Positions 39,825 through 48,847 of a stretch of 64,000 nucleotides of DNA are shown one piece after another (the first letter of the stretch is position 1; every line of letters begins with the position of its first letter). The notes beneath the pieces were generated by a model. The model made no database searches. It was given only the letters and a program-made list of their open reading frames with translations, and had not been told where the DNA came from. The position numbers and the translations under genes are program-made. Origin of the DNA: Polyangiaceae bacterium (GTDB lineage Bacteria > Myxococcota_A > Polyangia > Polyangiales > Polyangiaceae); contig JANRKO010000006.1 in NCBI GenBank assembly GCA_033763455.1, positions 320,001 through 384,000 of the forward strand. Direction: 5' to 3'.

Positions 39825-40720
39825 AGCAAGAACAAGCGCGAACGTCGGGTTTCTTGGTAGCGATGCTCCATCTTCCGGATGGAGGGAAAAGTACTGATGA
39901 ATATTAGCTTGAGCAGGGAGTTTCGGGCCACGAACCACCAAACTAGAAGCGACCGGCGGTATGCGTCCCCGTGGTGGGCTTCCTGCTCCGGCGGCCCTGG
40001 GAGCCAGCGTAACATGCTTCGCGCTCTCTCAGTGAGCGGCACAACCGGTTCACTCTTTAAAAGGCCACGGTCCTTTGCCAACTGCAAACAATAGGGAAAA
40101 ATGTCATGCGTACGGGTGGAGTTGATGAGCTGGATGAGGCGCGGAAGGTTGAGCTCCTCACGCCAAGCCTCGTGAGCACGGGCGAATTCCTCCAAGATCC
40201 TGAGCTCTAGCCCCAAGTGCTGGAGATAGTGGCTTGCTAGGTGGAGCAAGCAGAGCTCCTTGTTGAGTACTGAGATTTCGGTATCGCGAAGGCGCCAGGT
40301 TTGGCGATTCTCCCAAAGTATGGATTCTGGCACCCCAAGGTACAATGGGAACGCGTTCCAGTGGAGTTCCACAACGAACGGTGCTCCCCGGGGAGGAGTG
40401 CGAAACAACGGGTGTTGAAAATCGCTCTTCAGATCCATTTCGAGGGAGCGAAGGCGAGGAGCGTGGTAGCCAAGCTTGGCCAAGATCGACGCCGCGCGCG
40501 GAGCATCGGATGCGTGCACCAGAATGTCGTTATCGGCGATGCGGCGTGTTTCGATGCGGGTGCCCAACCGATCCAAGAGCGGCAATCCTTTAAGCACCAG
40601 CGCATCTATCTTCTCCTCCGCGAGGGCACGGAGTATGGAAAGCAGCTCCTCTTCTAGCAGCGTGTTGTACGCAAGCTTACGTATGTCTTCGACTGCCGAG
40701 GGGCTGGGGTTTGGCACCAA
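39719..40720 (-). CDS. Nucleotidyltransferase family protein (NTP_transf_5-like)
   Basis: LVLKG, R..ADNDILV, VELHW, LLHLASH. Confidence 0.8.
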   Translation of the reverse strand: MVPNPSPSAVEDIRKLAYNTLLEEELLSILRALAEEKIDALVLKGLPLLDRLGTRIETRRIADNDILVHASDAPRAASILAKLGYHAPRLRSLEMDLKSDFQHPLFRTPPRGAPFVVELHWNAFPLYLGVPESILWENRQTWRLRDTEISVLNKELCLLHLASHYLQHLGLELRILEEFARAHEAWREELNLPRLIQLINSTRTHDIFPYCLQLAKDRGLLKSEPVVPLTERARSMLRWLPGPPEQEAHHGDAYRRSLLVWWFVARNSLLKLIFISTFPSIRKMEHRYQETRRSRLFLLYLCRPLRPLWRLASRLAKKRAAWRSARLTPGPLR

Positions 40721-40779
40721 CCTAGGTATGCGACCGGCCCTGGCTCAAATAAAGGGCGAATCGCCCAAGTCTCCGCGCC

Positions 40780-41211
40780 TTAGTGCCCCAGGCGTTGGCT
40801 CAGCCAGGCAGAAAACTGGTGCGCGGGCAGCAATCCTTCTTGGCGAGCCGTTTCGCGACCCCCTTGGAATAGCAGAAAAGCTGGAATTCCTGAGATCCTG
40901 AACTTAGCGGACGGCCCTGGGTTTTCATCTGTGTTGAGCTTGAGCACGGCAACCTTACCCGCTTGTGCTCGTGCAACCTGCTCAAGCACTGGGGCTGCCA
41001 TCCGGCACGGACCGCACCAAGGCGCCCAAAAATCCACCAACACGGGCAGTGGCGACGCTTCAAGAGCCGCAAATAGCTCCCCCGTATTAACCGCCTGCGG
41101 CAACCCGGCCGTTTCTAGCGTTTGCTTGCAGCGGCCGCAAACGGGCGTCCCTTCACGACCTTCCGCGACGCGATTGAAGGCGCCGCACTTAGAACAACGA
41201 AAGGTTAACAT
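40780..41211 (-). CDS. trxC: Thioredoxin 2 with N-terminal zinc finger
   Basis: CSKC..NR..CGRC; WCGPC. Confidence 0.9.
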   Translation of the reverse strand: MLTFRCSKCGAFNRVAEGREGTPVCGRCKQTLETAGLPQAVNTGELFAALEASPLPVLVDFWAPWCGPCRMAAPVLEQVARAQAGKVAVLKLNTDENPGPSAKFRISGIPAFLLFQGGRETARQEGLLPAHQFSAWLSQRLGH

Positions 41212-41410
41212 TAGGGGGAACGTAAACACGACGTAGTCCCCACGCAACTCTAGCCAGTGGGGCCGCGGCTTTCTTCGGCCTGAGGCCGCGGACTACGGGG
41301 AGGGAACGGTATTCTTACGTCTATCTGCTCCTTTCTCAGCCAGGCTAACGTTGTTTCCGGCGTCCGGGGTGCTTGTAGGCCCCAGGCCTAGGCCTGCTAT
41401 ACTCGCCCGC

Positions 41411-42424
41411 ATGTCGTTGTCCCGGATAAGGTCAAAGGCGACCTTCCCGGTTGTTGTTGGCGCTTTGCTCGTGCTTCTTCTGTTGGCGTCCGTGCTTTCG
41501 CTCTGGGTTGGGCACGGGGATCTCTCAGATGTTGCCCTACGAGCGGCCTTCTTAGAGCTTCGGGGGATGCGGGTTGCCGCCGCCTTTTTCGCTGGTGCCG
41601 CGCTGGCGGTAGGTGGGGTGATGGTGCAGGGGCTGTTTCGGAATCCGCTCGCAAGCCCAGAGATATTGGGGACAACTGCGGGTGCCGCACTGGGCGGTAA
41701 GCTCGCGCTGTTCTTTTACGAAACCGTGCTTGCCGGGGCACTGGTTTGGATTTCGCCACTGACGTTGGTCCCATTGGGGTCGCTTTTGGGGGCACTTCTG
41801 GCGCTTTCGTTGCTGCTCGTGATCGTCCGCGTCCGCGACGATGTGGTGGTGTTGTTGCTGGTGGGCTTCTTGCTCTCCTCTTTGTTTCTGGCTCTTGGTG
41901 GGTTTGTAATGGCGTTAGCTCAGGAGCGCTGGGAGCTTGCCCGAGCGTTGATCGGATTTTCCTGGGGTGATTTAAGCAGTGTGGGGGCAAAGCAGCTGTG
42001 GATGGCCGCGCCGCTCGTGGTGATCGGAAGTGGCGCGTGTTGGTTCTGGGGTAAACCTCTCGACATTTTGCTCTCCGGAGACGAAGAGGCGCGCTCCTTG
42101 GGCGTGAACGTGAAGCAAACGCGCTTCTGGTGCATCGTCTGGACCTCCGTGTTAACGTCGGCAGCTGTTGGGCTAGGAGGGAACGTGGGGTTTGTGGGGT
42201 TGGTGGTGCCGCATGCACTACGGCCGTTTGTGGGCGTGCGGCATCGGCGGTTGATGTTCTGTTCGGTTATTCTGGGGGGCGCATTCTTAGTGCTGTGCGA
42301 TGTCGTGGCTCGCGTGCTGCCCACTCGAAGCGAGGTGCCGCTCGGCGTTGTTACGGGAATTGTTGGCGCTCCCATGTTCTTGTTGTTGCTCAGTCGTACG
42401 CGGCGCGAGGTGCAGCTTGGCTAG
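41411..42424 (+). CDS. FecCD/BtuC family ABC permease (cobalamin or iron chelate)
   Basis: QGLFRNPLASP, EARSLGV, GFVGLVVPH, PLGVVTGIVGAP. Confidence 0.92.
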   Translation: MSLSRIRSKATFPVVVGALLVLLLLASVLSLWVGHGDLSDVALRAAFLELRGMRVAAAFFAGAALAVGGVMVQGLFRNPLASPEILGTTAGAALGGKLALFFYETVLAGALVWISPLTLVPLGSLLGALLALSLLLVIVRVRDDVVVLLLVGFLLSSLFLALGGFVMALAQERWELARALIGFSWGDLSSVGAKQLWMAAPLVVIGSGACWFWGKPLDILLSGDEEARSLGVNVKQTRFWCIVWTSVLTSAAVGLGGNVGFVGLVVPHALRPFVGVRHRRLMFCSVILGGAFLVLCDVVARVLPTRSEVPLGVVTGIVGAPMFLLLLSRTRREVQLG

Positions 42425-43379
42425 GCTATTGGCTCCCTTGAATGCGGCGGGCGTCGCTCTCGCCTTGGCTTTGAGTGCCGGGGCAAGTTTGCGATTTTCC
42501 TCGGTGAACCAAGAAAGTACGCCTGGAAGTAAGCGTACTCCGGCGGCGCTCTTGGTGAACACTCCAGAGGGCCCTGCGCTTCGGGACGCCACTGGTGCGG
42601 TCGTAGTCGTGAAAAATTACCAACGCATTGTCGGCGGGAGCCTCGTGGCGGATCGCTTGTTGCTTGAACTGGCCGAACCAGCTCGCGTCCTTGCCTCGCT
42701 TGATTCCTCGCGTGCCACAGCTTGGGGCTTTCGCATTACGGCGCCGCACACGCTCTCCGAGCCGACCAACGCGGAACGGCTGCTAGCACTTAAGCCCGAT
42801 CTGGTGATCTTGAGTGATCTCGGAGAGGCTTCAAAAGTTCAGCGGTTGCGTGAGCTCGGGTTGGCAGTGTTTGTGCTCGGTCCCATGCGCGGACGGGCAA
42901 CGTTACTTCCTCAAATACAGGCAATCTCGATGCTTCTTGGTGCGCCCGCACGCGGTGAGGCGCTCAGTTCAGCTTTTCGAGCGCGAAGCGAACGCGTAGC
43001 GGTGAGTGTGCCGAAGGGCAAACGCCTGCGAGCGCTGTATGTTGGAGCTTACGGGGATAAAATGTTCGGCGGAACGCGTGGAACGAGTTACCACGACGTG
43101 CTCGAAATGGCTGGCCTCGTTGATGCAGCGGAATCTAAGTTCGAAGGCTGGCCACAATACAGCCCCGAGCAGGTCTTGAGCCTCGATCCTGATGTCTTGG
43201 TCACAACCACCACGTCTGCCAAGAATCTGTGCGAGCAAACAGGGCTTCAGGCGTTACGGGCATGCCGCGCGGAAAATGGTGTCGTAGCCCTAAATGAAGG
43301 GCTTATGAGCGATCCTGGGTTGGCGATGCTTGATGCCGCCGAGGCAGTGTTCGAAGCCGTGTACGGCACGCGCCATTGA
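42417..43379 (+). CDS. BtuF-like substrate-binding protein
   Basis: LRDATG, ERLLALKPDLV, EQVLSLDPDV; TTG start with GAGG overlapping the permease stop. Confidence 0.82.
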   Translation: MARLLAPLNAAGVALALALSAGASLRFSSVNQESTPGSKRTPAALLVNTPEGPALRDATGAVVVVKNYQRIVGGSLVADRLLLELAEPARVLASLDSSRATAWGFRITAPHTLSEPTNAERLLALKPDLVILSDLGEASKVQRLRELGLAVFVLGPMRGRATLLPQIQAISMLLGAPARGEALSSAFRARSERVAVSVPKGKRLRALYVGAYGDKMFGGTRGTSYHDVLEMAGLVDAAESKFEGWPQYSPEQVLSLDPDVLVTTTTSAKNLCEQTGLQALRACRAENGVVALNEGLMSDPGLAMLDAAEAVFEAVYGTRH

Positions 43380-43411
43380 AGACAAGCTATGTGCTGGGGG
43401 CGGCCCAGCTA

Positions 43412-44179
43412 TCACCCATCTCGGTGAAGTTGGAAGCTGAGGCCAGCGCCGACTTCTAAATCTACCCCATAGCCTTCAAAAATAGGCCCGCGAGTGATCA
43501 CTTCGCGCGAAGGACCTTGGGCAATCACACGCCCGGCATTTAAGAGGATGCTCCGGTTGGTGTAACGCAGGGCTTCCTCCAGGTGATGGAGTGCCAGGAT
43601 GATCAGGTGCCCCTTCTGGCTCAGGCCTTGCAGCAACTCCAAAAAGCTCAGTGCAAAACGCACGTCCAAAGCCGCAGTTGGTTCGTCCAGTAAGATCACT
43701 TGCGCACCTGTTGCCAGGGCACGCGCCAGAAGAACGCGCCGTTGTTCGCCTCCAGAAAGTTCATTGAAGGGGCGGTCGGCAAGGCTAGTGGCCTCTACTG
43801 CTTCGAGTGCTTCTGCCACACACGTCCGATCAGCAGCGGACATCCCAAAAAGGCCCGTGTGTCGGCTGTAGCGAGCGAGCGCCACGACATCCCACACCGG
43901 CATAGGTGCCATGAGTAACGACTTTTGCGGGACGTAGGCGAGCTTCTGGGCGCGCTCTTTTGCAGATACTGTTTTTAGGTTCACACCGAACAGTGTTACG
44001 GTGCCGGTGTAGTCTATTAACCCGCAAAGGGCGCGCAGAAGGGTCGTCTTGCCCGCGCCATTTGCGCCAAGCAGCGAGATAACTTCACCGCGTTCGGCGG
44101 TAAATGAGACCTCCCGGACCACGTCTCGCCCGCCCATCTTCACACCGAGGCAGTGAGCTTCAAGGGCAGGGGAGGGCAT
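43412..44179 (-). CDS. ABC ATPase (BtuD/FepC-like)
   Basis: GANGAGKTT, LSGGEQRR, LLDEPT. Confidence 0.92.
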   Translation of the reverse strand: MPSPALEAHCLGVKMGGRDVVREVSFTAERGEVISLLGANGAGKTTLLRALCGLIDYTGTVTLFGVNLKTVSAKERAQKLAYVPQKSLLMAPMPVWDVVALARYSRHTGLFGMSAADRTCVAEALEAVEATSLADRPFNELSGGEQRRVLLARALATGAQVILLDEPTAALDVRFALSFLELLQGLSQKGHLIILALHHLEEALRYTNRSILLNAGRVIAQGPSREVITRGPIFEGYGVDLEVGAGLSFQLHRDG

Positions 44180-44248
44180 GGGCGGATGCCATAGCATCTA
44201 CGCGCCGCCATCGCGACCCGGTTGTAACGCACACTCTGCAGGCCGCGT

Positions 44249-45604
44249 TCAGTGTTGCTGCGCCGTCACCGGAGACAGCGGATCGCACGCCTCGAGAGAC
44301 TCATCGAACTCCTGCTCGATGGCAGTAAGACCAGAAAGTGCGTCGGCAACGGAGCTGGCTTTTTCTCCGGGCTTGGGGAAATGGGCCACCAACACTGGCT
44401 CTCTCACGCCGGCAAGCTCGGTGCCTTTCACCGGTAGGTGCCCTTGCGCCACGAGCTTATCGTACAGGAGGCGTCCACGCTCGCGTGCTATGGGGCTGGC
44501 GAAGCGGACGTGAAAGTGGTTGTCGTGGCCCGGCGCGTGCTTCACGGCAGGATTCGGATAGCGCCCTTCGCCTTCGAACATTTGCTTGAGCCAAAGGGGA
44601 TCTTCGCCGATGGAGGCTGCGTAGTCGCGAAACCATGTTTGAAGTTCGCGGTCTAAAAGGACGTAATCGATCGGGGTTTGGGTGAGGAAAGCCTTCAAGA
44701 GGGCCCAACTCCGCGGGTAGTCAATCTCATTGCGGGTCGGTGGTTTGAACCAAACTGAGCCCTGCGTGCGGTAGAAGTAAACATCCACGTCGCGTCCGCT
44801 GCGATGGCTCTTGTGAGGAGGAGCATAGCCACCACCTTCAGGGCTAATTGAGCCGATCATAACCGGTGGAGAATGCGGAAATTGCTCCTGAACCGTGGCA
44901 ATCGCGCGAGTGAGCCCCAGAAGAGTCTCTTCGGTGCCGAAGCGATGTTGCGGAACGGTTACCACCCATCGTGGATCCTTTTTGAGCGCAACGCCGTTGA
45001 TCAAAAAGCCAACATTGGGATGCCCTACGCTGATGGCGCCAATCGAACGCTGTGCCTCTTCGCTGTAGACTGAAAGCTTGAGCTTCTCTGGTTTCGGAAC
45101 GGCGGCTGCTAGGGACGGAGCATGAGGTTTGCCTGGTGCCCGTTTCGGCAGCGAGCGAGGCCTGACGCTTTGCTTGGTCTTGGGCGGACGAGGCCTGACG
45201 CTTTGCTTGGTTTTGGGAGTAGAAGTGCCCCCTGCCTTGCTGTGCTCCACTTTGGCTTTGTCGGCTGACTCCTGTTCTGTCGACCGACTTGTCTTAGGTG
45301 GTGCCGGCTGCGAGTGAATCGCCTTTGCCGTGGTTGTGGCAGGCCAAGCGATGTTGGCAAAGAGCCCCAGCAAAATAGGCGCGAAGAAGCGTGCCGCAGG
45401 GCTCGGGTGCCGGGCACCGGTTATGAACTGCTTCGTGAACTTGCACTGCGTGAAAATGGCTTTCAACACAGCTACATCGATAGCAAGCGAGCCGTGCGCC
45501 GGCCAAAATTTACGACTCTGCCCCGGAGCTAGCCCGCAAGAAGTGCGGCCAACTCTGCTCGCAGGCGAGGCGCTTGATCCGGATCGAGGCTCTTGGCTGG
45601 CCAA
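44249..45604 (-). CDS. Penicillin-insensitive murein endopeptidase (MepA-like); true start probably internal
   Basis: SVG.PN.G.L.NG, HKSHRSGRDVD, HDNHFHVR; duplicated KTKQSVRPR in the linker. Confidence 0.78.
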   Translation of the reverse strand: MASQEPRSGSSASPASRVGRTSCGLAPGQSRKFWPAHGSLAIDVAVLKAIFTQCKFTKQFITGARHPSPAARFFAPILLGLFANIAWPATTTAKAIHSQPAPPKTSRSTEQESADKAKVEHSKAGGTSTPKTKQSVRPRPPKTKQSVRPRSLPKRAPGKPHAPSLAAAVPKPEKLKLSVYSEEAQRSIGAISVGHPNVGFLINGVALKKDPRWVVTVPQHRFGTEETLLGLTRAIATVQEQFPHSPPVMIGSISPEGGGYAPPHKSHRSGRDVDVYFYRTQGSVWFKPPTRNEIDYPRSWALLKAFLTQTPIDYVLLDRELQTWFRDYAASIGEDPLWLKQMFEGEGRYPNPAVKHAPGHDNHFHVRFASPIARERGRLLYDKLVAQGHLPVKGTELAGVREPVLVAHFPKPGEKASSVADALSGLTAIEQEFDESLEACDPLSPVTAQQH

Positions 45605-45948
45605 CCCACCCCGAGGCCTTGCTTTTCATCGGGTTTGGGAATGATGTGGAAGTGAACGTGAGGCACCGCTTGATGTGCTTGGGCGCCGTTGTTCTGGAGT
45701 ACATTGAAAGCTTGCACTCCGGTTACCTTCTGAACTGCACGGCAGATGCGCGGCAAAACGCGGCCAAGCGCGGCGGCGGACTCATCGGAGAGCGCATCTA
45801 AGGTAACGGCTGGCTCTTTCGGGACCACCAAGGTGTGTCCGGGCGCTACCGGGTTGATGTCGAGGAAGGCGAAGACGAGCGCGTCTTCGTAGACTTTATG
45901 TGAGGGGATATCTCCGCGAATAATGCGTGTGAAGAGAGTCTCAGCCAT
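45529..45948 (-). CDS. HIT family nucleotide hydrolase
   Basis: FLDINP..PGHTLVVPK, HVHFHIIP. Confidence 0.93.
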   Translation of the reverse strand: MAETLFTRIIRGDIPSHKVYEDALVFAFLDINPVAPGHTLVVPKEPAVTLDALSDESAAALGRVLPRICRAVQKVTGVQAFNVLQNNGAQAHQAVPHVHFHIIPKPDEKQGLGVGWPAKSLDPDQAPRLRAELAALLAG

Positions 45949-45984
45949 GTTCGTCTCCAGTTGCTTACAGTAGATAGCATTCGG

Positions 45985-47091
45985 TCAGCGTTTTAAAAGT
46001 GAGTTAGCCTGGGCGGCGTAAGGCCCAGTCGCAAAGCGTTCGAGATACTTTTCGGCAACGTGGCGCGCTCCGCTCGCGTCCCCGGCGCGCGAACTTGCGT
46101 CCATTTGTCGACCTAAAGCCTCCGCCACAAGGTCACCGTTCGGTCGCTCTTTTTCGTAAGTGCCAAACCACTTGGCGGCTTCGTCGGGGCGAGTCTCAGC
46201 AAGCAAGCGCCCAAGCCTGAAGGCCGCGTTGGGGGCTGCATCTTCGCGTGCGAAGCGATCGCGCACGCAACGCAACAAGCTTTCGGCAGTACGGAGATCT
46301 TTGGCTAATCCGGCAAGATCCGCGGCTTGGGTGAGATCTTCAGCGGGCCAGGTTTTGCATTGTACGTCGAGGGCCGTCTTTTGGGATTTTGCGAATGCGG
46401 CATCGTAGTTGCCTTGCGCCGCAAGCTCCTTCCAGGTGAGAGGGCTCTCCTCGCTCGAAGCCCCCCCCCGGCCTTGCCCGCCGTTATTCGGATTAACTAG
46501 CGTTTTCGCTGGTTCTGGCAGCGAGCTCGCCTTTTTGGGGTGCACGCAAAGCAGCTGCAACGTGGTCTTATCGCGCAGGCGATGGGGTGATTGGCCGCAC
46601 GCGCTTAGGAGCTCCGCGCTACCGGAGTTAAACTGAAGTTCAAATGAGTTGAGGCTCGGGGACCATGTCATGCGAAAATCAGCAGATTGCACGTACATGC
46701 GAAAGGGTCCAGCCGACGCTATCCAATCGCGCTCATTGCCCGTTTCCACGTAGAAATGCGCGGTACCCTCCTCAAGGCGCACTTCCACCCGAGGCTCTGC
46801 AACCGTGACCACCCGCGCCTTGGTATGCGCTTCAAGCGTTACTCGGCTGCCGTCCCAGAACGAAATCTCCGGAGAGCTTTCGCTTTGGATAACCTTATCG
46901 ATCTCGGTGACGTCGCCAGCACTGAAACTGGGCGTCGCGGAACCTTTGTTGAGCCAGCGAGCTACCACGAGCCCGAGCGGAATGAGGATCATCAGAAGGA
47001 GCGCCAGCGTCGCTATGCGAGCCCTCAGAAAGCGACCGCGAGGAGTGCTTGGCATCCCCACCCCCAAACCACCCGCGCCTCCCTCCGTCAA
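45985..47091 (-). CDS. FecR-like membrane protein with C-terminal TPR
   Basis: One TM; F.DGSRVTL, VRLEEG; Y...RPNG.L..EALGR. Confidence 0.7.
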   Translation of the reverse strand: MTEGGAGGLGVGMPSTPRGRFLRARIATLALLLMILIPLGLVVARWLNKGSATPSFSAGDVTEIDKVIQSESSPEISFWDGSRVTLEAHTKARVVTVAEPRVEVRLEEGTAHFYVETGNERDWIASAGPFRMYVQSADFRMTWSPSLNSFELQFNSGSAELLSACGQSPHRLRDKTTLQLLCVHPKKASSLPEPAKTLVNPNNGGQGRGGASSEESPLTWKELAAQGNYDAAFAKSQKTALDVQCKTWPAEDLTQAADLAGLAKDLRTAESLLRCVRDRFAREDAAPNAAFRLGRLLAETRPDEAAKWFGTYEKERPNGDLVAEALGRQMDASSRAGDASGARHVAEKYLERFATGPYAAQANSLLKR

Positions 47092-47105
47092 CCTTCATTC
47101 AGGTC

Positions 47106-47133
47106 TTGATACTGTTCTTATGTTCAGTATTAT
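47106..47133 (+). promoter_or_regulatory. sigma70 promoter whose spacer is a LexA-like box
   Basis: TTGATA-[CTGTTCTTATGTTCAG]-TATTAT, 7 nt before the ATG at 47141. Confidence 0.6.
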
Positions 47134-47140
47134 GTGGGGC

Positions 47141-47779
47141 ATGCAACAGTGCCTGTTTGGACATGGGGAACCCTCTTTTGATGCGCGTATGCGCAGAGCG
47201 GAACGTTTTGAGCTCGGCAAGGGCGCGTGGCTCGAGTACCTGCCGGGGTGGCTGCAAGGGCACTCGGAGCTGTTCGATGCGCTGGTGCGCTCCGCAGATT
47301 GGCACCGCGAGCAACGTCGGATGTACGAGCGAGAGGTGGAGGTTCCCCGCTTGATGGCGCGCGCCCCGAGAGATTCATCGGCCACGCCCGTGTTGCGTGG
47401 GATGTCGTACGCGTTATCGGAGAGGTACCATTTGGAGCTCAATCACCTCACGCTGGCTTGGTATCGGAACGGCGCAGATAGCGTGGCGCCCCATGGGGAC
47501 AAGCTCGGATCGCTTACGGACAATACAGTCGTTGCGATTGTGTCGCTCGGAGAGCCGCGGCGCTTCACGTTGCGGCCAGCGGAAGGTGGAGCCACGCGAT
47601 TTCTCCGTCCTGGTTATGGCGATCTAGTGGTGATGGGGGGAACTTGCCAGCGAACGTTCTTGCACGCGATCCCGAAGCAGGGGCAAGCAGGGCCCCGCAT
47701 GGCCGTCATGTTCAGGCCTGAAGTGCCTTGGGAAAGGTCTGCCGGGCCGGGCCGGGCGCTCAACCCTCCAGGGATGTGA
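47141..47779 (+). CDS. AlkB-family 2OG-Fe(II) dioxygenase
   Basis: VPRLMA, YRNGADSVAPHGD, SLGEPRRF, HAIPK, R...FR. Confidence 0.9.
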   Translation: MQQCLFGHGEPSFDARMRRAERFELGKGAWLEYLPGWLQGHSELFDALVRSADWHREQRRMYEREVEVPRLMARAPRDSSATPVLRGMSYALSERYHLELNHLTLAWYRNGADSVAPHGDKLGSLTDNTVVAIVSLGEPRRFTLRPAEGGATRFLRPGYGDLVVMGGTCQRTFLHAIPKQGQAGPRMAVMFRPEVPWERSAGPGRALNPPGM

Positions 47780-47890
47780 AGGGGTGGGTTTCTGTCGCAC
47801 ATCGACAGCCAAAACTACGGAGCAAACTACTGTTTCCGCACTTGGTAGGCTCCGAAAGGTAAGCAGGCCAGTCATACTGAGAGCTAGCGC

Positions 47891-48796
47891 ATGCGCAAGT
47901 CTGCACCAGATTTCGGCGACCAAACGGTCGAAACAACCATCTCGCGGGATGCGTTGGGACAGGTCACGTTCGCGCAGCAAGCGTGCTTGGTGGTCCTAGC
48001 TGGGCCCCGGATCGGTCAGCGTGTGGCACTCGCGGGCAAAGCGCTCAGTATTGGCCGAGGCAGCAAGAATCGACTCATCTTTGATGCTGATTCGGTGAGC
48101 CGTCAGCATGCGTCTATCGAATGGACGGGGGCCGCGCATCAAGTAAAAGATCTCGGCTCCACGAACGGCACGTTCGTGAATGAACGGCGCGTTATCGATT
48201 GTGTTTTGAAAGATAGCGACCGCGTGCAGCTTGGGAAAGTGCTGCTGAAGTACATTTCGAGCGGGAATATCGAGAGCGTCTACCATGCAGAAATTCAGCG
48301 GCTCACGCGCTTCGACGGGCTTACAGGTGTGCCCAATCGTCGGCATTTCGACGAAGTTCTCGAGAGTGAATTCACCCAGCTTGCCGAGCACCAGCGCCCC
48401 TTAAGCGTTGTCGTTTTCGATCTCGATCACTTCAAGCAAGTGAACGACAAACACGGGCACCCCGCTGGGGATTCCGTGCTCAGGCAGGTCGCCGAAAGAG
48501 TTGCAAAGGTGCTGGGTTCGGAGCTGTTCTTGGCGCGTACGGGCGGGGAAGAGTTTGCCGTAGTGTGCCCCGGCATGCCCGTGGAGTTGGCGGGCGAAGT
48601 GGCAGAGAGAATTCGCGCCTGCGTAGAAGCTGAGCGCTACATGTTCGACGGCACCGCAATTCCCATGACGGTGAGCCTGGGCGTGGCTGCTGCAAGCTCG
48701 CTCAATCCTCCCAATATCCCCGCGCTTCTCGGGGAGGCCGATAGGCGCCTGTACGTCGCAAAATCGCACGGTCGCAACCGCGTGTGCTCAACCTAG
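47891..48796 (+). CDS. FHA + GGDEF diguanylate cyclase
   Basis: VSRQH, DLGSTNGT; DLDHFKQVND.HGH..GD, RTGGEEF, K..GRNR. Confidence 0.92.
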   Translation: MRKSAPDFGDQTVETTISRDALGQVTFAQQACLVVLAGPRIGQRVALAGKALSIGRGSKNRLIFDADSVSRQHASIEWTGAAHQVKDLGSTNGTFVNERRVIDCVLKDSDRVQLGKVLLKYISSGNIESVYHAEIQRLTRFDGLTGVPNRRHFDEVLESEFTQLAEHQRPLSVVVFDLDHFKQVNDKHGHPAGDSVLRQVAERVAKVLGSELFLARTGGEEFAVVCPGMPVELAGEVAERIRACVEAERYMFDGTAIPMTVSLGVAAASSLNPPNIPALLGEADRRLYVAKSHGRNRVCST

Positions 48797-48847
48797 TTGA
48801 ACACCTCGTTGCGGCGCGCTCTTCGAAGGCCGATAGCCGGATCAGCG

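Noticed and set aside
36464..40720. Lasso peptide cluster
   Set aside because: No asparagine-synthetase-like cyclase or transglutaminase-like B2 protease is present, and the precursor lacks the usual Thr(-2) and ring Asp/Glu pattern.
33311..44179. B12-dependent radical SAM chemistry suggested by flanking cobO and btu-like genes
   Set aside because: The rSAM has its CxxxCxxC near the N-terminus with no cobalamin-binding domain; proximity is probably incidental. No cobalamin riboswitch was recognised upstream of either gene.
45157..45210. Short direct repeat GAGGCCTGACGCTTTGCTTGGT (and a similar one near 4635-4697)
   Set aside because: In-frame duplications within low-complexity protein linkers (KTKQSVRPR, PAQEAVT); ordinary.
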